Source: the human T2T-CHM13v2.0 reference genome, Homo sapiens
Assembly: GCF_009914755.1 (NCBI RefSeq)
Contig: NC_060939.1
Length of the DNA: 64,000 nucleotides
Reading direction: 5' to 3' (one strand)
Shown here: positions 15,950 through 30,333 of the stretch, piece by piece
Position numbering within the stretch: position 1 is the first letter of the stretch
How the letters are laid out: every line of letters begins with the position of its first letter
Notes under the pieces: generated by a model
Told to the model about the DNA's origin: nothing
Seen by the model: only the letters and a program-made list of their open reading frames with translations
The model's database searches: none
Translations under genes and position numbers: made by a program

Positions 15950-16351
15950 TGTTAAAGAAAAATAGAGGCCCCAGTTCAGACACACCCCAAGGCCAACCAC
16001 CTATAACCATGTAGCCAAAACTTAAGTCATCCTGATTTCCCCGAGATATTAGCTCTAATCATAAACAAAACACAAAACATTGGCTAGTCCACATGATTCA
16101 GTGAACCAGCTGTAGACAAATCAGCTTAAACTAACTCTGTTTGCCCTAAAAAGAAGGTTAATGTGTAACAGTCAGTCACAAAAATGGTCAAAATGCTTCC
16201 TCCTTTACGCTTTCTCAGCTGTGCTGGAACTGCCGCAAGGTAGGCTTCTTGCCACGCTTGGTCTGAAGTCTCCTGGGCTTGTGAACTGTTCTTCTGTACG
16301 TACCATATACTCCTAAAAATTTGATAACTTCATTTGATTTTCTTCCTGACA
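15950..16351 (+). mobile_element. ERV1-class solo LTR (LTR37-like)
   Basis: TG...CA termini with a perfect 4-bp TSD GGAC (15946-49 / 16352-55). Family name is tentative. Confidence 0.65.
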
Positions 16352-16734
16352 GGACTTGGGGATCAGTCACTCTGTGTGAGGAGTGTTAAATGTAAAGCTT
16401 GGGGACTGCCGTGATTTGTGGGCCTCCCGGGCCACCCCCCTTCACTTTGCCTCTGTCAGATGTTCCTGCGCGGTGCCCTCAGCAACGTGTCCCTCTAGAA
16501 TTGTGTAACTCGGCTGCTGGCTTTCTACTTGGCCTCTCAAAGAGTGTTCCTTTGGAGATTTTCTCTGGTATTGGTGATTTATTCTTTTAAGAAAATCCAA
16601 TAAATCATGCAATTCATATTTGGAATGGGTCACGTGGCAGAAAGTATCCTGAGGGAAAGGATGACAGTTCCCAACGCTCTGAGCTGAACTGAGGAGGTCT
16701 CGTGGCATGGGCAGGATGAGGACATTTCACAGCC

Positions 16735-16890
16735 AGGCAGCCATGGGCAAACCCTTCGGCTTCCCCAAGTCTCTTCTGCCTGTTCTGTAAAATGAAGAGC
16801 ATCTTGGCAATTGCATGCAGCCGATGTGAGATCTGGACATAATTAAAATGGCGTATAATACACCTAGCACATAGGAGATCCCCAATACGT
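16735..16890 (+). mobile_element. MIR fragment
   Basis: atgggcaaaccc...ctgtaaaatg...cctagcacatagg. Confidence 0.55.
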
Positions 16891-17047
16891 GAAGGCTGCT
16901 ATTATCAAAAGCATAGTTGCCATAGTGCCCACCCCATCCTATCCCAGATGACCACATCCATGGTTCTGATTGTCAAAAGAGCCCAATCAAAGGGTATGAT
17001 ATCTTTGGAGGGCTCAGAGACAAGCTGTTTGAAATTTGAAGCCATCA

Positions 17048-17450
<403 letters not shown>

Positions 17451-18000
17451 TCAGGAAATCAAAAAAATTCCCCTGACCACAACATATTCAGTATGATTTA
17501 ATCTCTCATTCTGGATCTTTTAGCATAGAAGAATTATCATACTGCAAGTAATGACACTGTATCTGTGGCAGGCAGAATTCTAAAGTGGTCCTCAGATTCC
17601 CACCTCCTGGGGTGTACTCCTGTGTCATCCCTTTCCCTTGGGTGTAGGTGGAACCTGTGACTCCGACGGGATGTCACTCCTGTGATTAGGTTATAATATG
17701 GGGTAAAGTGAGGGGATTTTGCAGATGTAATTACTTTACTATTCACTGACTCTGAGTTGATCAAAAGGGAGATTATCCTGGGTTGGCCTGACCTAATCTG
17801 AGGACCAAAAGAGGGTTTAGTGGTCAGAGAAAAGGAAAGTCAGAGAGATTTACAGAGAAAGGGCAGATGGTAGAATATAAAGGGAATACGGAAGAGGGAA
17901 GAGGGAAAGGGGGAGAGAGGAGAGATTCTCTGGCTGGTCTTGAAGCAGTAAACAACTGCCATGCCAAACAGTAAACAACCCAAAGCAGTAAACAACTTCA

Positions 18001-18672
<672 letters not shown>

Positions 18673-20129
18673 CCTGAGTCTCTTGGGTACTCTCTAGGCA
18701 CCAACAGTTAGCAAGAAAATGGAACCTCAGTCATTCAGCTGCAAGGAACTAAATTCTGCCAACCGCAGGGAACTTATGGATCTGCCCCTAGATGAGCACA
18801 CAGCCAGGGGACACCTTAATTTCAGCCTTGAGAGACTATGAGCAGAGTCTCAGACCCAGCTAAAGCACAGCAGACGGCTGGCCCCCGGAAGCTGTGGGAT
18901 GATACACTTGTGCTGTTTTAAGCTGCCAAATGTGTGGTAATTTGTTAGGCAGAAATAGAAATGCATACAGCGTCCTTTAGCCCAAGGATATTTAAATAGG
19001 AATTCTGTCCATTCATTTCACATGTGTATCCTGGGAGGCGTATCCTGGGAGTGTTCAGCAGGTGTCTGGGAGGTTTACTCGTGTCCCTGAAGTGCATGCT
19101 GCTAACGGGAGCTATGCACAGAGAAACACCTGAATGCTCAAGGGCAAGCAGACAGCTCCTGTAACCTGTGCAGATAACAGTGTGGCCCAGGCTGTTGAGA
19201 CTGTGCACACCTGGGAGAGGGCAGGTAGGCAGGATGCAGCCTGCTAGAGCAGCTGTGTGGATGGAGGGCAAGGCTTAGTGGTTTGATGTAAGCCAGCTTC
19301 TAGAAGTTAAGACTCTTACTCAGTTGAGAGCACTCCTAGGGCTGTACATCAGACGTGACCGCCCTGAAAAGATGGCCCAGCCATGGTAAATGCCAGCACT
19401 TTCCAGCCTCCGGAGACCCCATCATGGCCCAGTGCTATTCTAACATCCAGCAGAACCTAGAATGTGGTGCCCGAGATAAAGGTGTGCTCCATACAAGGAG
19501 TGCGATTGGGAACATGCAAAGTTTCATGGTTTCATGTTTCTATTCCTGGCTTTGACAGAGTGGTCATTCCCAACTCCCCATGACATAACCACAGAACAGG
19601 AACAAGACACGGGCACTGGCATTGTGAATAGCTTGAAAACTTGAGGTTCTGCAAATAAGAAAATCACAGGTGAACACCATTGAGAGAGGCAGGTGGTTTC
19701 ACACGTGGGGAGCTATTAGTCACTTATTCTGACTTTTCTGAGCAATAGTCCTCTGATTCATCCGTGATAATGGGACCAATTAACTTCAGCTTTGGAGCAG
19801 GTGGTTACCACACACTTTAAAATAAGATGTCTTTTTGCTCATCACCCCACGACATTTTGATGAAAGAAAACAAAACGTGACAATTCTCTATCAGAAAGAT
19901 GAGGGGATTCTTGCCCTAAATGTGACACTGTAACTCCTTTTAATATCACTGGAGTGCTCCCTCCCCACCTGGGCCCTCGGATGTCCCCTCTCTGGGCATC
20001 ACTGTGCTTTGCACGTGCTTCTGTGAGAGCTCCTGCCATGGGACTGCGGTATTGCCTTCATGTCCTTTGCTCCTCTGGGGCAGGGGCCTTGTGTTCCTCA
20101 TCTTGGTTGTCCCCAATAATCCTGGTAGT

Positions 20130-20537
20130 TGATATAGTTTGAGATGTTTGTCCCCTCCAAATCTATGTTGAAATGTGATCCCCAATGTTGAGGGGGGCCT
20201 GGTGGGAGGTGTTTGGGTCATGGGGGTGGATTCGTCATGAATGGCAGGGTGCCATCCTCGCAGTAATGAGTGAGTTCTTGTTCTATTGGTTCCCATGAGA
20301 TGATTGTTAAAAAGAGTCTGGCACCTCCTCTCTTGCTCCCCTTCACATCATATGATACATCTGCTTCCCCTTCCCCTTCTGCCAGGACTGGAAGCTTCCT
20401 GAAGCCTTCACCAGAAGCAGATGCTGGCCCCATGCTTCTTGTACAGCCTGCAGAACTGTGAGCCAAATAAGCCTCTTTTCTTTATAAATTACCTGGTCTC
20501 AGGTATCCCTTTAAAGCAATGCAAATGGGCTATGACA
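20130..20537 (+). mobile_element. MSTB-like MaLR solo LTR (inserted in an L2 3' fragment)
   Basis: tgatatagtttgagatgtttgtcccctccaaatct...cagaagcagatgctggc...gggctatgaca. Confidence 0.88.
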
Positions 20538-20704
20538 ATAGGATTTGAGACACCACAGGTGCTCAATGTTTACTAATGAATAATTGTAATGCTGGAGAAG
20601 ATAACTTAGTATTTGGTCACAATTTAAATTCTTTATAGCAAAAAGTGTGAAGAAAGAAAAATAGGAAATACCACTCTATGAAAATAAAAAATTAGTAGAG
20701 GAGG

Positions 20705-20900
20705 CCATTTACTTGATGCTGAGTATGCATCCAGCCCTGTGCACACACGACCTCAGTTCATCTTCACAACAGCCCCACAAGGTGGGCTGCTTCATCACGA
20801 CGTCACAGAGGAGAGCCTGACGCCCCCTCAGGGGGCTGCACAGGAACCACACTGTGACCACTACGCTGAGGAGATGTGAACCCTGGCCTCTGTCTCTCCC
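20705..20900 (-). mobile_element. MIR
   Basis: ccatttacttgatgct...tcttcacaacagccccacaaggtggg...tgaaccctggcctctgtct. Confidence 0.6.
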
Positions 20901-21294
20901 ACACTCTGGCCCAGGCCCTATGCCCAGGGTTGCCCAACGCTGCACCTGGCCCACAAAGGAACGTGGTATTTCCAGGCTTGCCCAGAGTCGCAGCCGCGAC
21001 TCTGCCTGACTGATGGGTGGAGGAAGCTCCAAAGCACAGCAAGGATGGGAAGGCAAACTTGGCAACTGGCCATGGGAGGAGCTGCCTTTGGAAGCAAGGA
21101 ATGGTCCCAGGTAGCTAGGAGGCCAATGGAAGCCTCACGAGATGGAAGGCAAGGGAGTGTAAAAGTAGCTGGAGGAAAGAGATGACTCACAGCAGCCGAT
21201 GGTGAGAGCTATAAGGAGAAGGGGAATGGAAGCCACTTCCTGACCTTTCTCTGTATCAAGCACAGTGCAGCATGGCTTCCCGAGAACCTTGCCC

Positions 21295-22560
21295 TCACAG
21301 TCAAACCCAGCGGTCAGTTTCTAGTGCACACTGACTTACTGGCATATTTGGCACCACTGATTGCTCCCTTCTTGAAACACCTTCCACCCTGGGCGTCAGG
21401 GTCACTATCCACCGCTGGTTCGCCCTGATTCCCAGGCCCGCACATTCCCAGTCTCTTCTGCTGGCTCCTTCTTCTGTTCCTCAGCCCTCAATACTGTAGG
21501 GCCCCAGCCTGAGTCTTTGGAAAGCTTGTTTTCTGTCCATGCTCCAGACAAGTGTGTCCAACTCATGCTCACCACTGCATGGAGCCAGGTTGGGGGCATG
21601 GTGGGAGGGTCCTACGAGGAGCTCACTCCGGGATCCCACGGGTTTCACTTTAGGGCACTAACTCCACATCTGCATCCCCAACGCAGGGCTCTCTCTGACT
21701 CCAGACCCTCATGTTCATCTGGGCAGCAACTTTACAAGTCTCACTACAGTCTCGGGCTTTGCCTGACAGTGCTGGCCTCTTCTTCTTGCCCTTCCTCCAG
21801 GGGTCTGCATCTCCTCAGGCAACATTATCTACCCCCATATTCAGGGTAACATTCTTAGGGCCATGCTGGACTCTTCCCTGCCTGCCAGAGCCCCAGCCCT
21901 CCATCATCAAGGCCTGTAGGTCTGCCTTCAAAACGTACCCCATAGCCGTGTCTCTCTACTGCCCCTCACCTGCACTACCACCCCCACGACCCTGCCAGCC
22001 GTCTCTCTCTGCCCTGGTCTGGAGCAACTGCCTCTCCCTGCTCTTCCAGCTTCTTCTCTTACCACCCCATAGTCCATTCTCCAGCAGCCAGAATCTGTCA
22101 GATGTGAATCAAGACGCGTCAGCCCCCGGCTCAAAACCCTCCAGGGGCTGCTTATCTACCTTCAGTGAAGCCTAAAGGACGAGGCTCCCTAGCGCCCGGC
22201 TCCCATTCTCCTGCCCTCCTTTCCAAATCCTCTCACCCTCGCTCCACCAGCTCAGGTGACACTGGCTTCCTTAAATATGCCAAGACTTTGATGTTAGACT
22301 CCCTCTGCCAGGAAAGCCAGGCCCGCAGGTGTCTGTTGCTGCCTCCCTCCCTGCCCTCCAGCGGCATCCCGGGATTCCCTCTCCTTCCTAACCTCCCCAG
22401 AGTAGCCTCTGAGGCCCCACTTCATTTTCATGCTCCCCTTGTTCATCGGCTTTCTTCCACTGGAATTTCACCTCCCTGAGGGCAGGGGTTTCATCTGCCT
22501 GGAGTGTGGAGGTAGCCCCAGACCTGGATGGGGCATTTCGTGGGCATTCAACACAGGCTG
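21295..22560 (+). mobile_element. Degenerate L2 LINE
   Basis: Pyrimidine-rich L2 text (ctcccttcttgaaacaccttcc, ggctcaaaaccctccag) ending in ctccctgagggcagggg...ggcattcaac. Confidence 0.7.
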
Positions 22561-24051
22561 ACACTGGGTCAATCTGTCTCCATTTGGCCGCCGTTACACA
22601 TCTCTGACTTTCAGAGGGAAGGAAGTGAGGCTCCAGCCGGCCAAGTGACGTGGCCAAGCTCCCCCTGCCAATCCGGGCCTCAAGCCAGGGTCGGGCTGAC
22701 TCAGAAGCCCACAAGCCTCCTCTGTAACTTACCATTCTCTGGCAGATTCCCCTCAATCCAATTATCCTCCCCTGGAGCACAACTCAAAGGTGTGCCTAGA
22801 GATTTTTCAACATGCGTTTCCATCTCCCATGTATGCAGTGACTCCTGCATTACACAAAAATGCCTCTGCCCTCTGCCCCCAGACACACTGAAGAACCACA
22901 CCATCTCACCCACATGGTGGTTAGCTGCTGCCACAGGCAGCAGATGATACTTCCCAACCCAGAGACCCCGGTCTCCGAGCCATCTCCTGTGTAAATGCAG
23001 CAGGATCAGCTGATGGCAAAAGGAGTGGTTTCTTGCCTTCTCAATGGCAGGCTAGTCATTAAAGAACGAAAGGTGTTTCCCTTCCTCTCAGGAGGTCAGC
23101 TGGTTTTAGGCCCAGATGATCCGGCCCTTCTGTTGCCCTGAGACTGTCATGAGGTGGGAGTGGGTTGTGTTTTCCAGGGTTTGAAGACTTGGGGAAGACC
23201 AGTCTCCCAGATCTGTGGGTTTTATGGGAGTTCAGACTGGCACCCCACTTGACACAGAGGCCTCAAAAATAGACGGGGCTGCCTATGTGGCTCGGGAGGC
23301 CAGGCAGATACCACGCAGGGCCCCAGGAGAGTGGAATCAGGCCCCAGGATGGACAGCTGGATGGTGGGCAATGTTAACTGAGTGAAGGCCACTGTTTGCC
23401 AGTTTTCAGAACCACCTGAGCCCTGGGTTCATGTTCTGTCCAAGGGAAAAGGAAGTCCTCCACCCAAAGTCTTATGACAGAAATAATGTTTCCTGCCAAG
23501 CACAGCTAGAACTGTCCCTTAAACAAATGGATTTTTTTTTTACTAAATAATTTTTTGACATCTGTATTTCAATCTCTCATGTATTCAGTAAAATAATATT
23601 GCATATAAATAGTTTATTCATAAAGATTCTAAGCACTAAGCTATTAGGAAGAGGCATTTACCCTTTGTACCCAGCAATACTGAGCAGCTTTCTTGGATGG
23701 CCACTTCATGATGGAAAAGTGGACTGTGACAGTGGGGGCCACGGGAGCAGAGCCTGGCTGTGGGGTGGAAGGTACAGGAGCTGCCAGTGCTTTCCAGTGA
23801 CCAAACTCCTCACCCAGATGGGCTGTGGGAGACCCTTTAGCACTGGCCGGCTGAGGGTCTTCACGTGAGTCTGAGCATAGCAGGGCACTGAGAAATGACC
23901 TAGTCTAAGACCTCGCTTGAGAGCAGAGGAAAGGAGTTCGGAGGAGTCAGATGGATGGTGGGCAGGGGTCAGGTTCATGCTATCACCCAGCCCAGAGACT
24001 GCTTCACTCCTCTGAGGGAGCACACACACAGTTGTCTGCGTACCTCTGTTC

Positions 24052-24348
24052 TTTTTCTTTTTTTTTTTTTTGAGACAGGGTTTTGTTACCCAGGCTGGAG
24101 TGCAGTGGTGTGATCATGGCTCACTGCAGCCCTGACTGCCCGGACTCAAGCAATTCTCCCACCTCAGCCTCCTGAGTAGCTGGGACCACAGGCGTGCACC
24201 ACCATGCTTGGCTAATTTGTTTATTATTTGTAGAGATGGGGTCTTACTATGTTGCTCAAGCTGGTCTCGGACTTCTGAGCTCAAGTGATTCTCCTGCCTT
24301 GGCCTCCCAAAGTGCTAGGATTATAGGCGTGAGCCATCGCGTTTGGCC
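24052..24348 (-). mobile_element. AluJ SINE
   Basis: Poly(T) then gagacaggg...gatcatggctcactgcagcc...cttactatgttgctc, which are AluJ diagnostics. Confidence 0.93.
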
Positions 24349-25559
24349 ACTTTTATTATTTTTCAGCGTGAGGGACGAGGAAGACATGTTGGCTACTAGG
24401 ACTCCTGTCCCAGGCAGATCCCTGATCTTCAGGCGCGAATTGCACCACAAGCACCTTTGACCACTCCCTGAAGAGTGAGACCCACTTCCTCAAGGCCTCC
24501 TGCGAGTGTAGACCAGATGGCTTCTCCACCACTGGGTGGGAGCCTGAGCTTCCTGCCTTCACTGATCTCTGCTTCCAGTTGGTTCTCTTCGTGGTGCCCA
24601 ACATAAACAATGAGCTATTCATAATTTAACATCTTAACTCACTAAGTTTGGGTTTTTAAAAGGTATTTTTCAAGACTGGATGAAGCCAGAGTCCCATCTT
24701 AAAATGCTAGTCTGGAAGGTAAAATATAAGTGATAAAAATTAAAATGCAAAATATGGAAAAAAATAACAGAAAAGACGTTCAAAAGAAGTGAAGGCTTTT
24801 GCTAAGCATGGTAGGGCTCAAGGAGAAGGTAACATGGTGGGGTCTACCTACAACCTTGCATGAGACTGTGCTTCACACGAAACACAGCACTCAGGCAGCT
24901 GCTATGATCACCCAAGCTATTAGCAATCGTCAGTGCTGAGCTGTATAAAGGTCTACACCGCCGTAGCATTCAACAGAGAGTAACCCATGAAACTTGTTTC
25001 TTTCTTAACAAATACTAATTTCCGCTTCTCTATGAATAGTGAGCTTTTTCTATTGAAAATATCTTATCTGAATTAGTCATATAGAAGCGTCTTTAAAATA
25101 GCCAGCCCCCACAGTGAGTGGTTTAGATTATTGCTAATCTAGCTGAATTGTTTTGTTTGTTGAGTCTTGCTGAGGTAAGACAGAGCAAGGCTGTGGGTGC
25201 CAGTCATTGGATTGCTCTTGATGGCTGCGAAGCAGCTGAGATGAGAATTTCTCCACAGTCACAACATGAGATCCAGCTGTTGGGAATGTAGAGCCTGTTC
25301 TAATGTCAAGCATGCCATTGGTGAGGCTTCTATGAGTCCTGTGGCTACGACCTGACTGCAAGCCTGCCCAACACAAATAAGCCCCACTAGGCACATCTCG
25401 TCCTTTGTCTAAACGCATCTTGTGCCTTCCCTCTTGAAAGTGGTGGATGACGACAGCCCTGGGCAAACAATGACAAGCAATGGCATGAAAGCAGGTGTAC
25501 ACGTGTACACAGAAGCCAGGTCTGGTAAAACTTCCCGGCACATTGACTTTCTGGATGTT

Positions 25560-25960
25560 TCCCATTGGCCCCACAGATCTACCGTCTATCCTTCTCCATG
25601 CTGCTCTGTATGCAGAGGGTGACCTGCGTGGACCACATCAGTGAGCTCCCCGCAATCTGCCCTTCTGCCATTAAGAGGCACTGGTCAGAACCTGGATGGT
25701 GGAGGAAGAGTGTGGTCAGAGTATTTATTTCCCCAGCATCTTCTCTCTCCCGGATGCCACACCTACTGCCCGTGGCTATCTCCATCAGCCACTCTCATCC
25801 CTTGTCTTTTTGCCAGGCCTGAGGGTAGTCCCAGGAACGGTAGTATCCTTCACTAGTGTCCTTAAATCCTGCCCACTCCTTGGAAAGCAGTCCCTTTATG
25901 GAGTCCTTTATCTCACAGTTTTGTGCTGCCTTTTCTTTCCTACCAGGGTCCTGATTGGTC
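25560..25960. mobile_element. LTR33-like ERVL LTR remnant
   Basis: ggaagagtgtggtcagagtatttatttcccc motif typical of LTR33. Highly diverged. Confidence 0.45.
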
Positions 25961-26729
25961 CATCCACCAATATCAGAATCATACCAACCTACAGGTACTT
26001 CTCTCCTGTCTTCTTCTGGAACTCTAGAAAGTGCTTGGTAATTTTATTGGGTCTTCGCCGAGCACCGAGAAAAGCTCTACTCCCTAACAGTGCATTGCTG
26101 GCTGCAGCCCTAAACTCCTGGGATGACACATCTGGGGACGTCTCCACGGACCAAGCCTTGGAAGTGGAGGCTCCACTCCACAGTGGACATGAAGAGCTGG
26201 CTGAAGGCTGGGTCAGCACTGGAAGGCGATGCTTCCCCACCCCAGCAGGAGCAGGGCTTCCCACTGGCTGAGGACATGCTCCATGTGCACTGTCAGCCCG
26301 TGCAGGCAGGCGGGGCTCCCACTGGGAGGGGCGTGGTGGGCCTGAGGAGACAGCCATAACATCTTCCACATGCGTGCCTGAGAAACCCCCAGATATGTGA
26401 TTTTGCAATGTTTATAATGTGAATGATTATGAGTGAAACTGGCATTGCTTTGTCTCAGGAAGAACCTAAATCTGTTTTAGACATTTGTTTTGGACTCATT
26501 ATTTTCTCCTTAAACATTCCAAAGAAGAGAGTTTGTCTTGCTTCTTGAACGCTTTCTTCATTGGGATGTTAGGGTGGTGAGGAAACACTAAGGAGAAGGA
26601 AGGAGACTGAGGTCAGGTTTTGTGCTTCCTTAACCTGGAAGCTGGAAGAGGCTGCGCAGGCAGGGAATGGACAGCTATGGAAAGCACATGTCACTTAGTA
26701 CCCCAAAGCGTTGCCGGGTCAGCAGTCTC

Positions 26730-26795
26730 CTCATCTTTGCAGATGGAGAAACTGAGGCTGAGAGAGATCACCTGACTTGCCCAAGTCCACAGGAA
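26730..26795 (-). mobile_element. MIR core fragment
   Basis: catctttgcagatggagaaactgaggctgagagag...gacttgcccaagtccacag. Confidence 0.75.
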
Positions 26796-27116
26796 GTGGC
26801 GGGTCTCCCGTTTTCTCTAAAGCCCATGGTCTTTCCTATCTTTCATTCAACACCCACGGAGGAGTTGTCTGGGGAAAGAGAGAAGCAAGGCAAAGAAGCA
26901 TAGAGTTCTCCTTAAAGGAGGACTGGGATTTAGGAGCAAGGGGAAAACTCGAGAGATTTCAGCACCACCTAGTTATCGGCCCCTCCATCCAGCCCATGCT
27001 GGCTAGAACACTGTCGGCCCGTAGAGCAGGAGGTGCGGTGCAGCATCTAGAATCCTAACTGAAAACTGCCCAGAGTCTGAGAACATGTGCCCTTCTCTTG
27101 CTCATAGAGTAGGTTA

Positions 27117-27449
<333 letters not shown>

Positions 27450-27450
27450 C

Positions 27451-28070
27451 TATGTACATAAACACACATACTATGCACACACAATACACACACACAGGTA
27501 CACATTCATGCACACAGACCACACACATGCACATACCACACAACACACAAAAATACATATGTGCACACATATGAACACACCATACATGTTCACACATATA
27601 TACTACATGGCACATGCGCACATACATATACATGTGCACACACACTTATAAGCAGAGATATACATGTGCATACACATACTGCACACATACGCATACACAC
27701 ACATGCACACACATAAATGCTCACACATGAATACGAAAGCATACACAGGATCATATGCATGCACACACTAGACACATATACACTGCACATCCACTTGTAT
27801 ACATACATGTGCACACACTACATAGCATACACATACATGCATGCAGACACACACATAGAAACAGTTGGCACATATACTACACACATATATACATGCCCAC
27901 GCACATACACTACAGACTATACACATACTATATACGTGTACACATATAGATGTATTTGCACACACAAATACACAGGACACACAGCGCACATACATGTACA
28001 TACATGCACAGACTATATGCATACACACGTACACATACATGTGTGCACACACATACACATGCACACCCAT
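27451..28070. repeat. About 620-bp imperfect (CA/TA)n low-complexity tract; (TG/TA)-rich on the sense strand
   Basis: Directly visible. Produces spurious His/Thr- and Cys/Val-rich ORFs. Confidence 0.97.
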
Positions 28071-30206
28071 ATTCTCTCTGCAACAGCCCTTATATCCTAC
28101 AAGCCTTTTCTATCCTGCAGGCCTTCCTGCTGCTGGATTAATCACCACCACCTGGTATGTGGCACTTATTCACAAGAGTCATGAAACCACTTAGTAAGTG
28201 GGGAGCTGCAAGCCCACAGTACAACTGCACATCAGCACTGTCAAAGAGCACCAGGCTTGCTCTTGGGTCTGAAGTTACATCTACCTCAATTCCACTGAGT
28301 TGTCCTCTCCCAGGACTAAATGGTACAAGGGAGACCGCTCTTTGTCTCGATGCATTTATGCACTTAATGCAAAGAAACAATCATTCAGGCATCCACAGCA
28401 GCTCAGGTTTTAAGACAGGTTGTTTTACTAAAGTTACGCTGATAAATGCCTCCTACATGGCCCTCCCAGGACACACAATATTAAGTCAGTCCATGTGTTT
28501 CTCTTCTGTCTGGATATTCTTTTGCCACAGCACTCTCAAAAATAATGCTCTCCTCTGGCTTTATTCTTCTTGGGCTTTTCAGCCAGGGAATGAGAAACGC
28601 AGTGTAGGATTTCTCTAAGGTACAATATGTTACCATGTTAGGAAGTCGATTACCTAGAAAGTAGATGTATCTTCTTGATGCTGCAAAAGCACGCTTGTTT
28701 TTATAAGCCCTGTGTTCTAATGACTAACATTGAACATAAAACAAGAATGCTTAAATATATGTTAAGAATAGGTTATCTTTTCTCATAGTGTTTTCAGTAA
28801 GGAGAAGTCTTTTTAGCAGGGCAGTAGATCTTTCATTTTTCTCAGGAAAGCATGGTCTCTGGTGTTTTATTCAAAAGCCTGCTGCCTGTGTTGCCTAAAT
28901 TAAGTATAAATAAGCATTGTCTAAGCCCTGTGGCAAATTCCTGAGGCTATTCCCTGAGGTCCCAAGGAATCCCACTGTCCTCCAGTTCAGCCTGCCCACT
29001 GGTGAGGTCTGTGCTCCTGCAATGCCCCTCTGAGGTCCACACTGACCAGCACACCACGGTCACACGGAAAACCCAGCCCCAGCTTTCACCCGGAACAGCA
29101 GCATTTTCCTTCCCCACTTGCAAGAGCACTGGACAGAAATGGCATTCATGGAGTTTTGTTACAACAGACTAAAAAGCATAAGCTTTTGATCCTATGGCAA
29201 GTTAGTTTTAAATCCGAAGCTAATTTCCAGAAGGTTCATGTATTTTTCCCATTAAAATGAATACAGAGTCACAGAGACAGACTACATTTCGCAATGGGTG
29301 GTTTAGATTCACCTTCAATTTCATTCAGAGACCAACAGGATTAAGTTCTTTGTATTTTGCAGAAAGGTAAAAAGAGAAGTTAAACCACACAGGACATTAG
29401 AAAGAAGAGGGAGGGAGCACATGGGCCCAGCTTGGGTGGTGGGGGACGGCCCATTGCTTCCCACGCTGGTTCAGGTCCTTGAGTGCAGGAGCAGTGGAGG
29501 CTTGTGTCTTTCTGCCTCGTGCAAGCCATGCTGAGGCCACTCATCTTGCCACAAACTACCATTTTTGTATCTGGGAAAGAAGGAACTGCCCCATTTTTCG
29601 GAATCTGATGGAGAGGGACATCAGGCATTAGAGAATCGAGGTGCTATGTGCACCTGCAATCGGTGGGACAGACAATCTCAAGGCTGCTCTCAACAGTGGG
29701 CACCTGTTGTCCAGGGGCACCCATGCTCCTCCCGGGCCCATCAATCAGCACCCACATGAGACACTTCGATGGCCTTGGAAACACGGTGATTCCTAGGACA
29801 ACATGATGTGGTTCTGCAGTTCTAAACATGAAATATTTGGAGTTTGAGGGAAAAAAGTATTTTTGAACTAAAAATATTAATAGATTGCGTTGAAGATCAT
29901 ATAAAATGAGAAATATATGCTCCTAATTCTAACATTTCCTGTGACACCCCAGGAATGCACACATATCATCTCTCTCACACACACACAGAGTCACACACAC
30001 ACACACACATTCACACACTGATTCTTTAAACGTGAACTCAGTGATTCTACTTTTGGATGTATAAATAAAATGTTTTACAGGAATTACCATGATCAAAGTT
30101 ATGTCTCAGAAAAATACAGAAAGATTAGAAAACAAAACAAAACATAGTACAAGAATGTACAGAATTTCCCTGCCACTGACAAAGGGGAGATGTATTAACT
30201 ATATAT

Positions 30207-30332
30207 TCTTTTTTCATTTATTTTCCTTTTATTTTTAATTTTTACAGAGATGGGGTCTTGCCATGTTGCCCTGTCTGGTCTTGAACACTTGGGCTCAGCG
30301 AGGATTACAGGAATGAGTCACTGCATCTGGCC
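30207..30332 (-). mobile_element. FLAM/AluJ left-monomer fragment
   Basis: agagatggggtcttgccatgttgccc...ggattacaggaatgagtcactgcatctggcc, with an internal deletion. Confidence 0.85.
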
Positions 30333-30333
30333 C

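Noticed and set aside
25696-26408. 191-aa (+) and 139-aa (-) ORFs near the exon
   Set aside because: No recognisable homology, partly LTR-derived, and of a length expected by chance in GC-richer sequence.
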